A DNA stretch of 62,094 nucleotides, filler included, from Globobulimina sp. (Eukaryota), in assembly GCA_003354225.1 (NCBI GenBank). It is 27 parts of 27 records of this genome, joined end to end, with 100 filler letters (N's around TTAATTAATTAA, not from the genome) between each part and the next. Parts side by side here need not be neighbours in the genome. Positions count along the whole stretch, not along the records: positions 23,050 to 25,253 come from PIVH01008216.1; positions 25,354 to 27,557 come from PIVH01008217.1; positions 27,658 to 29,861 come from PIVH01008218.1; positions 29,962 to 32,165 come from PIVH01008219.1; positions 32,266 to 34,468 come from PIVH01008220.1; positions 34,569 to 36,771 come from PIVH01008221.1; 21 more parts are not named here. One strand, 5' to 3'. The stretch's first letter is position 1. Every line of letters begins with the position of its first letter. Positions 24,560 through 36,871 of this stretch are shown in pieces. A model generated the notes under the pieces. That model saw only the letters and a list, made by a program, of their open reading frames with translations, ran no database searches and was not told where the DNA came from. A program made the position numbers and the translations under genes.

Positions 24560-25204
24560 CTAAGCCCAATACGGTCTGGGAACAGAATATGAGAATTGCT
24601 CACATTCATATTTCAGAGCATGTAGCCATATTTCTGGTGCACTGTTGCGCACATTTTGTGTTTCGCCGTTGATTTCCTGTAAAATGGTTTTACATTCATC
24701 GCAATCATCATTCCAATGTTTCTTGAGATCATTGATTAGTTTCTCTCTTTCTTGCTCATTCTCTGGTATCCACTGCGGAATATTCCCTTGACTGCCTCCA
24801 TAAGCAACATCATTCACAATTGGATGTCCCAGATATTGCAAATGTAGTCTTATTTGATGGGTTCGTCCTGTTTTTGGATAACATTCGACCAAACTTGTCT
24901 TACCATTGAAACTCTGAAATTTGAAATCTGTGGTTGCTTCTTTGCCATGCTCGTTAATCTCATGCACTCCGTTCCGATGGTCCTTGCATTGTATTGCTTG
25001 ATTAACAGTGATTGATTTGGAGGCAAACTTTCCTTTAACCCTTGCTAAGTACACTTTTTTTACAGCTCTGTCTCTGATTTGTGCTCCAATCTGTTGCGCC
25101 ATTCGCTTGTTTTTACATAATAACATTAAACCAGATGTGACTCGGTCTAAGCGATGCGCAGAAAATAGTTCTTGGCCCAGTTCATTGTATAAGATAAAAA
25201 CCAA
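24560..25204 (-). CDS. RluA-family pseudouridine synthase, C-terminal part
   Basis: HRLDRVTSG, KVYLARV, TGRTHQIRLHL, GHPIVND. Confidence 0.93.
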   Translation of the reverse strand: MVFILYNELGQELFSAHRLDRVTSGLMLLCKNKRMAQQIGAQIRDRAVKKVYLARVKGKFASKSITVNQAIQCKDHRNGVHEINEHGKEATTDFKFQSFNGKTSLVECYPKTGRTHQIRLHLQYLGHPIVNDVAYGGSQGNIPQWIPENEQEREKLINDLKKHWNDDCDECKTILQEINGETQNVRNSAPEIWLHALKYECEQFSYSVPRPYWA

Positions 25205-25648
25205 TGTGTCAATTTATTTTCTATGTAACAAAAACTAAATTTTTTATTTATATNNNNNNNNNNNNNNNNNNNNNNNNNNNNNNNNNNNNNNNNNNNNTTA
25301 ATTAATTAANNNNNNNNNNNNNNNNNNNNNNNNNNNNNNNNNNNNNNNNNNNNAAATACTAACCTCCTTGTTATTAATCGACAAATTGAATGGAGAGGAC
25401 ATGAGATGGAATACATTGCACGTTGCTGGTTCGGAGAGACAAAAAAAACAATTTATTGTTAAATTTTCAAAATAAAAATTGCATTCAAAACAAAATATAA
25501 ACTTAATTAATAATAATAAAAAACGTACACTACTTTCGAGTTTGCAAATTGATAAATTTCAACAACAAAAAAATGAAAGTTTGAAAAGCTAAATAAAAAC
25601 AAATAAATGAAAGTGAAAAAAAATAAAACAATTACCAACACTCATAAA

Positions 25649-27557
25649 TTATAAATCAAATAATCGATAACTCATTGCATTTTTCACTCCGGGAAACGCA
25701 TCCGAATCGTCATCAGAGTCATTATCATTATGCGCCTTCTCCCGATTCCTTCGCTCAATATATCTCTCTATCGACTTTGCAGCCAACTTTAGTCTCTCAT
25801 TACATAGCTCCGAATCGTCGCGCGACCGCCGCCTATACTCATGATTGGGGTATTTCACACTGGGTTTGTTCAATGGTTCCGATGAATGATTCGATTTTTT
25901 CCTGCGTTTTTTCTTAGGTTTCAACGCCGAATGTTTAGGGAAATTATCATCTTCGTCGGTGGCAGAGGTGGAGGATTGCGATAAATTCTTCTTCTTCTTT
26001 CGATGCACATGTTTGTGGGCCGAGAGGGGCGGCGGCGACAAATACCTCTCTTCCTTATCCTTGCCGCTCTCTTTGCTGTCTATACATTTATTCTTCATAT
26101 GCCTCTTATATTTGTTATACACTTTGTTCATTAAATGGATGTTTGCCTCCACAGTGCCAGTGCTACACTGCCGGGCCCGCAACTGGCCGCGAATGGTTTT
26201 CTTCAATTTGGAGCGTGCGTTTTTCCACGAATTGGTGTCCTTGTTGTTGTTCCATGTGATTTGCAGGATTTCGTCGTTGGTGGCTCTTTCTTTTGGATTG
26301 CGGTGCAATAATCGCAAGATCAGGTCTTTAATCTGCGGCGTTACGTGCATCCAATCCTCGTCTTTTAGCTCTACGTCGGCGTCCACAATGGCGGTTTTCG
26401 TCTGCATCTCAGAGGTGCAATGGGACCATGGCGAGTAGCCGCAGAGCATTATGTGCATAATCACGCCCAGCGCCCAGTAATCCACTTCCTTGCCATACAG
26501 ACTGCCTTTCAATAGTTCTGGCGCAGTATACGTCAATGTGCCAACGGGCGTGTTCATAGACTCGAACATATGCAACGCGTCCATATGTTTACTAATCCCA
26601 AAATCGGCCACTTTGATGCGTTCCACTGAGCCCTTCTTGCAACACAAAATATTCTCAGGCTTCAAATCCTGAGTTAAAGTATATTGTATTTGTATACATA
26701 CATACATATATTTTTAGATATAGTACCCTGTGCACAATGCCTTTCTTATGCATATGGTTGACGGCTCTCGCAATCTGATGCATGACATGACACGTAATGT
26801 CCTCAAAATGGGCCTGGTTCGCGACAGTGGTCAATAAATCGCCGCCTTCGCACAGCTCCATCACTAAATATAAATGCTTCTTAGACTCATAAATGTCATA
26901 CAACTCTACGATGCATGGCTGGTGTCTCAGTTTCTTCATAATCGTGATTTCGTGCGATAAGCGTTGCCGGTTTTTGATCTTCTTTTTGTTGATCACCTTG
27001 ATGGCCACCCTCTTTCTGGTCGATCTGTGCTCGGCGGCAATGACTGAAGTACCGCACGAACCATTGCCTATTTCATATGCGAGCCGATAAACATCGGTTA
27101 CTTTCAAACGGCACGCTTTGGCAATGACGTCGATCCATTTTAGAGTGTCTGTGGTGGATAAGGTTTCAAAATGGAAAGTTTTCTTTTTTCCACCGATGAT
27201 GAACTTGCTGCCATTCACTTGGTCGATGCAAATGGTTTTGCCTTCCACGGGGATCACAATGCAGAGTTTGGTGGAATCGATGCTTTGTGCGGCGAGTAGG
27301 AAGTTATTGGAGAGTACAAAATAAAATTGCGTTATCGAGGTTTTATAGTCGAAATATTTCATGTATCCTTCGTGGGTGCGGTTTTTAGGGAAACATGATT
27401 CATTTGGATCGTGTAATGGCGTTGGAGGTGGATGTTCCCATTTTGATTGGGTTTTGGGCTGTGATTTACTGCATGTTGTGTTGTTTGTGGGTGTGCTAAA
27501 CATGGATGAGGTAGCTGTAGAAACATACCGTCGAGCGGGTGGCCGCTTTGTGTTTAA
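25649..27557 (-). CDS. PH-domain plus CaMK-family Ser/Thr kinase (intron 26669-26726), possibly 5' partial
   Basis: N-terminal PH (EGYMKYF..YFVL..LKWIDVI), IGNGSCG, VAIK, HR|DLKPEN, DFG, YTAPE. Confidence 0.92.
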
Positions 27558-27699
27558 NNNNNNNNNNNNNNNNNNNNNNNNNNNNNNNNNNNNNNNNNNN
27601 NTTAATTAATTAANNNNNNNNNNNNNNNNNNNNNNNNNNNNNNNNNNNNNNNNNNNNTTATTATTATTATTGTTTTTATTAAAGAATCTTCTAAAATTT

Positions 27700-28113
27700 A
27701 ATTCATTTTTCAAGCTTTTAATATCCATTTTATTTTTATTTTCATTATTTAAATGGATTTCCCTTTCAATGGATTTCCTTTATTTAACAGATAACATTTC
27801 GAGCCGTCCAAACCTAAAAAATACATCACATCGCCGGTATAGTCCTTTTTGATGCTTTTTAGAATTAATGCGAATTATAATAATTTTTCTTCATTAATAA
27901 TTTGAATACTTTCAAAACATCTTTTACGTGCTCTCTCGTCCTCGTTTTAAACTGTCTGTTGCTATTTTTCCCTCTTCCACATTTACCAACGTATGGAATG
28001 CCACAATTGTCGCAAATAATTATGTAGACTATGTCTCGCGTAAAGCATGACGACCCGTTACATTTTATTGATTGTCCGGTAATTCCGGATTTCCATTTTT
28101 TGCGATGTTGCAT
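27700..28113 (-). pseudogene. Degraded Penelope-like GIY-YIG endonuclease fragment
   Basis: SCFTRDIVYIIICDNCGIPYVGK..RQFKTRTREH matches the PLE endonuclease pattern; stops follow downstream. Confidence 0.75.
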
Positions 28114-28436
28114 AGATAGAATCCAGATTAAAATGTAGATTTAATGTGTTTCCTGAGAATTTGGCGTGAATCTATGCTAAATCTATGAATACCAAATCAA
28201 TACAGCTATGAATCATCCTGGATCTATCTGTATAGGATTCGTGTTGATTCCATATGATTCAAAGTAACATAGAATCTTTTCTATATGCCACGAATCATGA
28301 TTCAATACATTCAATGCATTGAATGTCACATTCAAAAAGATTCAAATGACATTCTAGGGTGTGTTTGTATATGAAAAGATTCATATCAAATTCTCAGGAA
28401 ACACATTAAATCTACATTTTAATCTGGATTCTATCT
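28114..28436. mobile_element. MITE-like element with perfect 50-bp terminal inverted repeats
   Basis: 28114-28163 is the reverse complement of 28387-28436. The interior is non-coding. No clear target-site duplication. Confidence 0.75.
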
Positions 28437-28586
28437 TACTGACAACATAACATTTTGGTGCAATTGGGATTTGAAAGAGAATACAAAATACAAAAAAAAA
28501 GGGTAAATCAATTCGAAATTAAATCCGTAATAGATAATGCGATCAAAAAAAAACACAAAACAACAATCAAAGCAAGAAGGTACATG

Positions 28587-29021
28587 TCAGATGCATTTGC
28601 TTTTAACCATACTTGTGGTCAGCGCGCACACTGTATAACCCGTTTCAGTTTTTCCATCTGGGGAATCTAAGTTCATCCATTTGGGAGTTAGGCATTCACA
28701 GTTCTCGGGTTTATTGGCTGCGCCATTTTTCACTGCATATTGTTGACCTGTTGCACAGCAACATTTAAAACATCCGGATCCTGGTTTACCGTCAATGAAC
28801 CCGTTCCGTTGACTGCAATGTCCTTTTAAATACATTTTTGATGAATATTCACCCTTATCACACCACTGTGGGGTCTTTAATAATTTCAATGAAGTAATTT
28901 GTTGAATATCATTTGGATATAAATAAATTGTTGCAATAAGCATAATTACTCCAATTACCATGAGAATAAGGATTGATTTGAATATTGAGTGCTTGGCTTT
29001 GTTACGTCTTTTTGGCAACAT
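28587..29021 (-). CDS. Small type II membrane protein with Cys-rich ectodomain
   Basis: Basic N-terminus, one TM helix, about 10 Cys in 90 aa. Confidence 0.6.
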   Translation of the reverse strand: MLPKRRNKAKHSIFKSILILMVIGVIMLIATIYLYPNDIQQITSLKLLKTPQWCDKGEYSSKMYLKGHCSQRNGFIDGKPGSGCFKCCCATGQQYAVKNGAANKPENCECLTPKWMNLDSPDGKTETGYTVCALTTSMVKSKCI

Positions 29022-29372
29022 AATTTTGGTAGATTATCAGTTTTTTGCTTTAATTTTGCTTTGAATATGAAGATCAAATCAAATCAAGGGTAAAATTGTC
29101 GACTTGAATGAATTGATGTGAATTAGTGGTATCATAATCGACTCATAATTACTTTTCTCCCTTTCATAATAAGGAATCGATTCATGTTTCATAATTATAA
29201 TGGACCGTCAATATGTAATGAATGTCAGAATAAAAAGATTTCTCCATCAGCTGAGATGCTAAGGAATGTTTGAATAGATAACTTTTTTGTTTATGTCTTT
29301 CTGTTTGATGTGTAGAAATGTTGAAAGTTTGCAAAGTTTTGAGTTACTCTGATCATCAAAAGGTATTCCATC

Positions 29373-29861
29373 ATGGATTACATGAACAAAGTGATGCGAA
29401 ATTGCATGAACAAATTAGTCCACGTTCGAACTAAGGCCGATACATCCATTATAGATCTAAATCATTCACAAAGATATTGTGCGAAAGTGCTAAATGTGCA
29501 CAATGAAACATATTATTCGTTAGATACCCACTCGTCAAATTTATTGGTATTTGGCTACATTCGAGTATTATTGGAAAAATATTTATCAAACTCGTGTTTT
29601 CCTGTTTGTTTGATCCATTTATTTGTAGAATTTTATAATGAAGAAATGGAGCAGTTCCATATCACTGTGAATGGTTCGATAGATTATGATAAATGTTTAA
29701 TATCTCGTATCTGTCATGAAGAAGATAAGGAAGATGACCGTCCGAAAGTATATTGTGTCTCCCAAATTGGATGGAACCGCGGAATCCACGAATTTAAAAT
29801 AAAATGCATTGAACTCAGTGATCGCAGCAATGCGATTGGCATTGTAAGCAATAAAGAGGGA
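29373..29861 (+). CDS. SPRY/B30.2-like protein with LLVFGYIR motif, 3' partial
   Basis: LLVFGYIR..FPVCLIHLFVEFY followed by SQIGWNRGIHEFKIKC..AIGIV. Confidence 0.55.
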
Positions 29862-30355
29862 NNNNNNNNNNNNNNNNNNNNNNNNNNNNNNNNNNNNNNN
29901 NNNNNTTAATTAATTAANNNNNNNNNNNNNNNNNNNNNNNNNNNNNNNNNNNNNNNNNNNNTTAGACGAAATTCATGAATGAGATTCATATTTAGGATCG
30001 CCAATCTAAAAGACAAGTGTAGACATTGGAGACATGAAATGTAACGGTCTCGAAAATCACTTAGTTGGCCAAAGTCAATTCCCATTGCCATTCCCAGCAG
30101 AGTAGTCTGAGTTATTTAATATAAATCAGTCCTCAATATTAAGCATGGATGCTGAATCAGTTCATGTATTATTTCCGAGCATTCTGTCATTCCAAACATG
30201 CATTGGAGAAGTATTTAATTGCTGTTTGTTAATATATCAAGGATATGCTCTGTCCAATGCCCACGTTATTTGTACATCTCATAATTCAGGTTATTTTATA
30301 AAAACGCATATAATTAGAAGAATACTGGACATTTTTAGTTGGACTACTAAATGAA

Positions 30356-31009
30356 ATGGCGAATAACGCGAACGATAATGTTTGCTGTGTATGTAATAAA
30401 AATATCCATTGGTTAGAAAGAACAGAGTTTATGACTGATATTTATCATTCCTCATGTTTTAAATGTTGGAGTTGCGGTCGGATTCTTCGTTTAGGAAAGT
30501 ATGTGGATCACAATTATAAACCATACTGCCATCCATGTTATCATAAACAATTTGAAATGAGCAGCATTGGGCTCACCTCTGCAAACAGACGAACTTCAAC
30601 AAAAATATTGATTGATACTGCTGATCCTTTGCATGGTATCAAAGATATTAAAGCAAAGTCTAAATATGGCAAATTAAACATTGATTTGTTTTGTGAAAAA
30701 CACAATCTGCCCTCGCCTAATTATAATACAATTAAAAAGAAGTTTCAAATCAAAGCGCGTATTCAAGACTACAACTATGCAGTTAAACAAACAAAGAAAT
30801 CCAATCATAGTTCTATCGATGCAGAAAGTGATAAAAGTGGTAACAACGCAGATGGAGATCCTTTGGATAGATTGAAATTGAGTCTTCAGTCATATATTCA
30901 AAATAAATGCAATCAAATGAGCGAAATGTTAAACAAGGAAATTTTCAAAATGGAAAAAGATATTATGCACAAAATTGACTGTGCGTTTGAAGAGTTTGCA
31001 AAGAATTAG
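30356..31009 (+). CDS. LIM-domain protein
   Basis: CCVC-x17-HSSCFKCWSC-x17-CHPC. Confidence 0.9.
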   Translation: MANNANDNVCCVCNKNIHWLERTEFMTDIYHSSCFKCWSCGRILRLGKYVDHNYKPYCHPCYHKQFEMSSIGLTSANRRTSTKILIDTADPLHGIKDIKAKSKYGKLNIDLFCEKHNLPSPNYNTIKKKFQIKARIQDYNYAVKQTKKSNHSSIDAESDKSGNNADGDPLDRLKLSLQSYIQNKCNQMSEMLNKEIFKMEKDIMHKIDCAFEEFAKN

Positions 31010-31210
31010 TCCGAATATCTCCACTGACTAAACGGAGCGTTTCTGTTTAAATGTAAAAAAATAACAGGTTGCGTCCCACCATATAGAAGCATTATAATTT
31101 TGTATTTATTTGCATAATTTATTTTCTAGTGAACTTTTTCCCGGTTAACACCATGTCATAGATGTCATAGAAACCTAAATAATCCAACGCAATAAATTGT
31201 ATCATATCAA

Positions 31211-32138
31211 ATGAACGCAAATTACGCGCGCATGGAACGCGAACAACGATTATCTTCGTCACGGTCACACGATGAAAAAAAAGAAGTGGAGCCACGAGGA
31301 GCATCATTTTGGAATGATGAGAATGCATTTAGCGATGACGACTTTGAGCCACCATGTCCATTCATAGCCGAACATTGTCCAATTCCCTGTTGCTGTTGTT
31401 GTGCCTTATCCCGATCGCATAGACGGCAATGTGCCATCACTATGTTATACAATAGATCTTATTTAGTCGTATATTTGTCAATCATCGCTATGACATTAAC
31501 ATTATTAATCTACGATTTAGCGCATGGAAATATTATACACGACCTAGAATCTGAACCGATATGGTTTGTTATATTGGACATTTGTTGTGTTACCCTCATG
31601 GTCTTCGATGTGTTTGTCCAAGTTCAGTATCGATATCATTCCCTTCGCAAATTCGCATTTTATAATTGATATTCATATTAAATATAATAATCAACAGATG
31701 CAAGCTCACCCTGAAACATATTGGAAGTCTGCAATGAATGTGTTCGATTTTGTAGTGGTGTTACTTTGTGTGGTGTCCATCCCAGTATATTTTTATGTGC
31801 CTGACAGTGATTTCATATTAACTGTAGTATTGTTGTTGCGTTTTGCGGCGCAGTTGTTGCGAATTGTAATGGTGTATAAACATCATGAGAATCGGAGTGC
31901 ATATATGGAAACAACGAGAGATGATTTGGTGGATTTTACGGGATTTTCTGCGGCCAATGCGATTGAGTCTGCACAGGGAAGAGTGGCAATTGCTGATCAT
32001 GAGCAAAACAGTCAAAATACACACTCGACATATCAAAATCCATCGGTTCAAAATACGAGTAATGGATACTTGTACGATGATGATGTACAAAGACAACAAA
32101 GTCAACAAAGTAGTAATTTCAATGCACAGTGGGAATAG
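31211..32138 (+). CDS. Voltage-sensor-domain-only membrane protein (intron 31622-31697)
   Basis: Four TM helices after splicing; S3 YWKSAMNVFDFVVV; S4 LLLRFAAQLLRI; stop follows with no pore domain. Confidence 0.75.
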
Positions 32139-32265
32139 CACTGCACTGTATGTAGGATTTATATANNNNNNNNNNNNNNNNNNNNNNNNNNNNNNNNNNN
32201 NNNNNNNNNTTAATTAATTAANNNNNNNNNNNNNNNNNNNNNNNNNNNNNNNNNNNNNNNNNNNN

Positions 32266-34238
32266 GTCTCGTTCTCCCTTTTATAGATTTTATACGCATG
32301 ATCTGCAAATAATGTCTCTGATTTAATAATTTTGTTTTGCTTATTGTTTGAATTTAGTTTCGGACTTTGATGTGACACTGACACTGACACTGAATCGGTA
32401 ATCGTTTCTGACGTATCTGACGTGTCTGACTGCAATGATTTTATGTCAGCATTTATTACTCCTAATTCTCGAACAAACGTTTCTGTTTCAGATATTTTAT
32501 TTGAATCTGACGCTTTTTTGGGTGGATATTTATCAATCTTTGCAATTAATAGACGCGCAGTACCTGCTTGAAAACCACATTCGTTCCGTAACAAATCCAA
32601 TACAAATTTACTATTTTGATAACAATATTCGTCGCCGTCAATATTGCCAGTTCTAAATGCAAATGCTGGGAAGAAATAACTTTCTTTTTCTATATACTCT
32701 GCCAATTCTTCGCTATTTAAATTATCAAAGGCAATCTCATTATTTTTATGATGAAATCTTATTTTTGATGTTAAATATTTCCCAAAATTCATTTCATTGC
32801 AATTTAAATTACCCTCTACAAACTCTTTTAATTTTTTATAATTCTCAGCATCATAATGTTGTATCAATATTTTACCGCTGATGCCCTGTTTTACAATGCA
32901 GTCAATCATATTTTGTACAGTTTTTGAAGCAGGAATATTTTTTGTACATTCAACAACATATTCACAAAACGCATCTTGTCCCAACAGTGCTAATTCATTT
33001 GTTGTCCCTGGTCTTTGTTGTCGCGTTGCCATTGGTTGTACTTTGGCGGTGTCCCCACTTTGCTTCATATTGTTTGATAGCCGCCGTTGCCGCAATGTAG
33101 TTTGTTCGGATTGTTTCTGTTCTGAGTCTTGAATTTTAAGTGCAGTGCTATGCGATTGTGATATGGCAGATATTGAAGAGGATATTGATGGGGATATTAC
33201 ATTTGGTGCTGGGCTTTGTTGAGCAGATAATGTTTCATTCGATGCTTTCAATCCATGGCCAGGTACTTGTAATAACTCAAACTGTGTTAAACAATTATGT
33301 ATTTTTGCACATTTATGCAAACATTGCTCGTCACCTAAATATGCAATTAATTGTTGTCCGAATTCTGTTCCTGAAATATTGATCAATTTACTTCCATCAA
33401 ATTCGTTTTCATTTAGAAATCTAATAATTTCTGATTGATACGGTGCTAATTTAATGAATCTCTCATCGGTCAATACATAATTTAATAAAATAAATGATAT
33501 TTGATCCACTGTACATTGTTCAATTCGTTTTGGTTTAGTGCTCCATAATATTGCTTGGATTATTTGTCCATAATTTTGTATTTTCGCAAATAATTTTATT
33601 GCGACATCATACAATTTCTGATCAGAAATAGCATATTCAACTACTGAGAGAGCAAATGATTCCGCACTCATTTGTTGCAATATCTGTCCATCTATTTGTT
33701 TATCAGTAAAATAGGCAATAAATATAACTTTGTATGATTGCAAACCACGTTGCAAACTGTCATTGTTTAATATGTGATGCTCTAATAAATATATCAAGTG
33801 TTCTTGTGAACATTGTTCAACATTTAACGGCAATGTCATAACAGCTCCATCTTTATTGGTACGTACGCCATATATATACTCTTCAAGTGCAGGTGGCGGC
33901 GGTTGTGGTGGAGCAGATTGTGTGATAGCTGGTGCATTTGTTTTTTGTTTTGGAGGTGGTAATGTATTGCGTGATGACTGGCATTCATCCGTTTCCATTG
34001 AAATATGTTTTCTATACAGATCTCCATTGTTTTCTTCCATAAATTCTGTTTTCTGTTTTCTGTATAGTACCGTTTGTTGGGCTTCATCATGATCAGATTT
34101 TCTTGTTTTGCGATTGATTTGTCGTGGTGAATGCCAATAGCAGAGAGTCCAGAGACCAGCAGCAATCACAACAGTAACGCCACAAATTACAACGTATGGT
34201 ATACTCCCATGTTGAGGTAGCCCTTTCTCACTTGTCAT
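32266..34238 (-). CDS. Membrane-anchored protein with four helical (SAM-like) repeats, 3' partial
   Basis: N-terminal TM; repeats centred on IDGQIL, FDGSKL, ISGKIL, IDGDEY. Confidence 0.55.
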
Positions 34239-34568
34239 GCTTTGGTAAGGTATACTGTGACATCTAGATGATTTTGAGAAACTGTACGTCAGTTTTTGGA
34301 TATGGTTTTCGTTGATAGTATTTTACCCATATTCAGTAATATAATTTTACTACTTTACTGTTTTTGATAATTTTACCATGTCAAATGAAAGTTACATTTT
34401 CCAACAAATAAAAGAAAAAGACGCATTAAATTTGGCGACTAATGTAGTAGGGCCCGCATTTGGTTTATNNNNNNNNNNNNNNNNNNNNNNNNNNNNNNNN
34501 NNNNNNNNNNNNTTAATTAATTAANNNNNNNNNNNNNNNNNNNNNNNNNNNNNNNNNNNNNNNNNNNN

Positions 34569-36771
34569 TCTGTGTGATTCTTTCTTTGTGGCATCATTCA
34601 GATTTTTGCCATTCGCATTGGAAGCAATTCCGGCATAAATAAAGGTGCACTCCGCCAATAAAACAGGCGCCAAAATACAGCCATGGCCCACAGCGATAAT
34701 AATTATTCCCGTCAACATTTGAAAAAATATTCTAAGCGCTTGCGACTCACTGAATATTAAAGCCAACGCACCCAAAAATGTGGCAAACGCACCTTTTATT
34801 ACAGACGCAGCCATCTCCGATAAGGCAATTCTTTGCAAATGGGACACAAACAAAACTATTTCAAACTGGATCACTATTTCCATGCATTTCTGCTGTGTAC
34901 GGTGTAGAAAAGAAAATAATGAGCCATTTTGAAATAAGTTGGCTTGTATTATATACCTCAATTTCTCATTATATTGCTTGTGATTTGCGTCAATTATGGC
35001 ATGTGTTATATGTACGACGTAATCCACGGTCAAAGCGACTGCCATCGCACACTGCGAATATGACAATGTGTCCAGCGATATGTCCATAACATACATCCAA
35101 CCAAATAAGTTTACGTCAATCATCAGTACGATCATCAGAATAAATATCGAGAGCCGCAAATCTAAGAATAATATCAATATACAAAATATTGCGAGTGCAG
35201 CAAACAGCATATTATCCATTGTCAATTTCAGAATGCTGTTTGATAAAAATGCAAAACAATATTCTGGAACAAAGGCATATCCGTCCAATGAATAAGTATT
35301 TAATATGGCATTCCATGCTAAGTACTGTGGATATTGCTTGTCAGTGCGGTCTGCTTTGCTTATTCGCAAAATGAAGCGGGTCCATTTTATTTGTTTGGCT
35401 TCTAACATATCATCGTATTTTATCTCTGAGTTCCATACAGATGAGGAATTTGCAAATGTTTGTAACTGGGAATAGAACTCAAATGATTCTAAATCACTGA
35501 TGTTTTTATCCTTTATTTCCAGCCACATTTCAAATTCGTGCAACCAGTTCGAAGTAACTCCGATAGCATCCCTTTAGTGGTCAGGCATAAAGCCATTATT
35601 TTGTCATCTTATTTTATCTCAAATATTCGTACTTAACTCTTGTAATTCCATATCAATCATCATTTGCTTTATTTTGCGCCGAACAGTGTGATCTGAAAAA
35701 TCTTGATTATGCAAAATTATCTGCAGTTCATCCACAACATTATCACCAAACGCTTCTCGATTATAATTAATATAATCGACAATAAATGAGTCATCGGCTA
35801 TTAATTTGGTAGCACCGCTCTCTGTTTTTATAAACTGTGCCAAATAAATGGAAGCACCCAACGTGATTAGAAAAAATAAAATAATTACAATACGACATAT
35901 GCGTCTGCTTAAAATTGGAAATAATATTCTCGATAAAAAGTATCCGGCATTGCATTTGTTACATATCGAAGATGATAAGTTTTTGTCTGTATTATCGTTC
36001 TTATATTTTGTGGCTGAAATAGCCCCGTTATTTTTCACTATCTTTTCCGGGTCGAAAAAATTAATTTGTTTGTCGTGCAACTTCTTATCATGCGAACACA
36101 GACAGGGACAACAAAAGTTTTTTTTCTTTCGAATCCGACCGTCGTCCATCACCATTAACGGCAAAAATATTAAAAACTGCAACAAATAGTTACATAAAAA
36201 AGACCACGCTGCGTAAACCTACCAAAGTTAAATGACATTATTCATTCATTATTTTTATGCACTGCATCGACACAAAACGATGCTACATTTTGTGTCAAGC
36301 AATAATGCATAAAAATTGTCGTTGAGTTTAGAAACATACACAAAAGGAGGAGACGCCTGGAATGTCAATGGCTGAGCCTACGAAAAAAGCCATCGACGAA
36401 CAAAAGGCTGTCAATGAGATGGATAAACCGGATGACGCCAAGGCATTACCTAAACGGCAGTGTGCATTCAATATATCATCGTCGGGCATGGCTGTTTTGT
36501 CATAAGTGTCCACCAAAATTATCATATCATCCACACCTATCACAACAACAAAATATTTAGAAAAAAGTATATGTTTTCTACAGACCTACACCCAACAAAA
36601 TGAAGGGCACCAACAACACCATGATATTGAAGGTGGTGCCAATGCACAAACTGATGCTAAACCCCATTGCCAAGGCACATAACATGACCCATACGGCGCT
36701 GAATGCCAACCACGGCCTGGCTCCAATGCACGAGATCGAACCTAACGTAAACATCAAATATACGGCCATTG
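34569..36771 (-). CDS. Patched/NPC1-family sterol-sensing RND protein, multi-exon, partial
   Basis: LVPFILLG|VDDMIILV, SGLSISLT, IPGVSSFC, VALTVDYVVHI, GCILAPVLL. Confidence 0.9.
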
Positions 36772-36871
36772 NNNNNNNNNNNNNNNNNNNNNNNNNNNNN
36801 NNNNNNNNNNNNNNNTTAATTAATTAANNNNNNNNNNNNNNNNNNNNNNNNNNNNNNNNNNNNNNNNNNNN

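Noticed and set aside
31211-32138. Hv1 proton channel
   Set aside because: Lacks RxWRxxR and the mid-S1 Asp.
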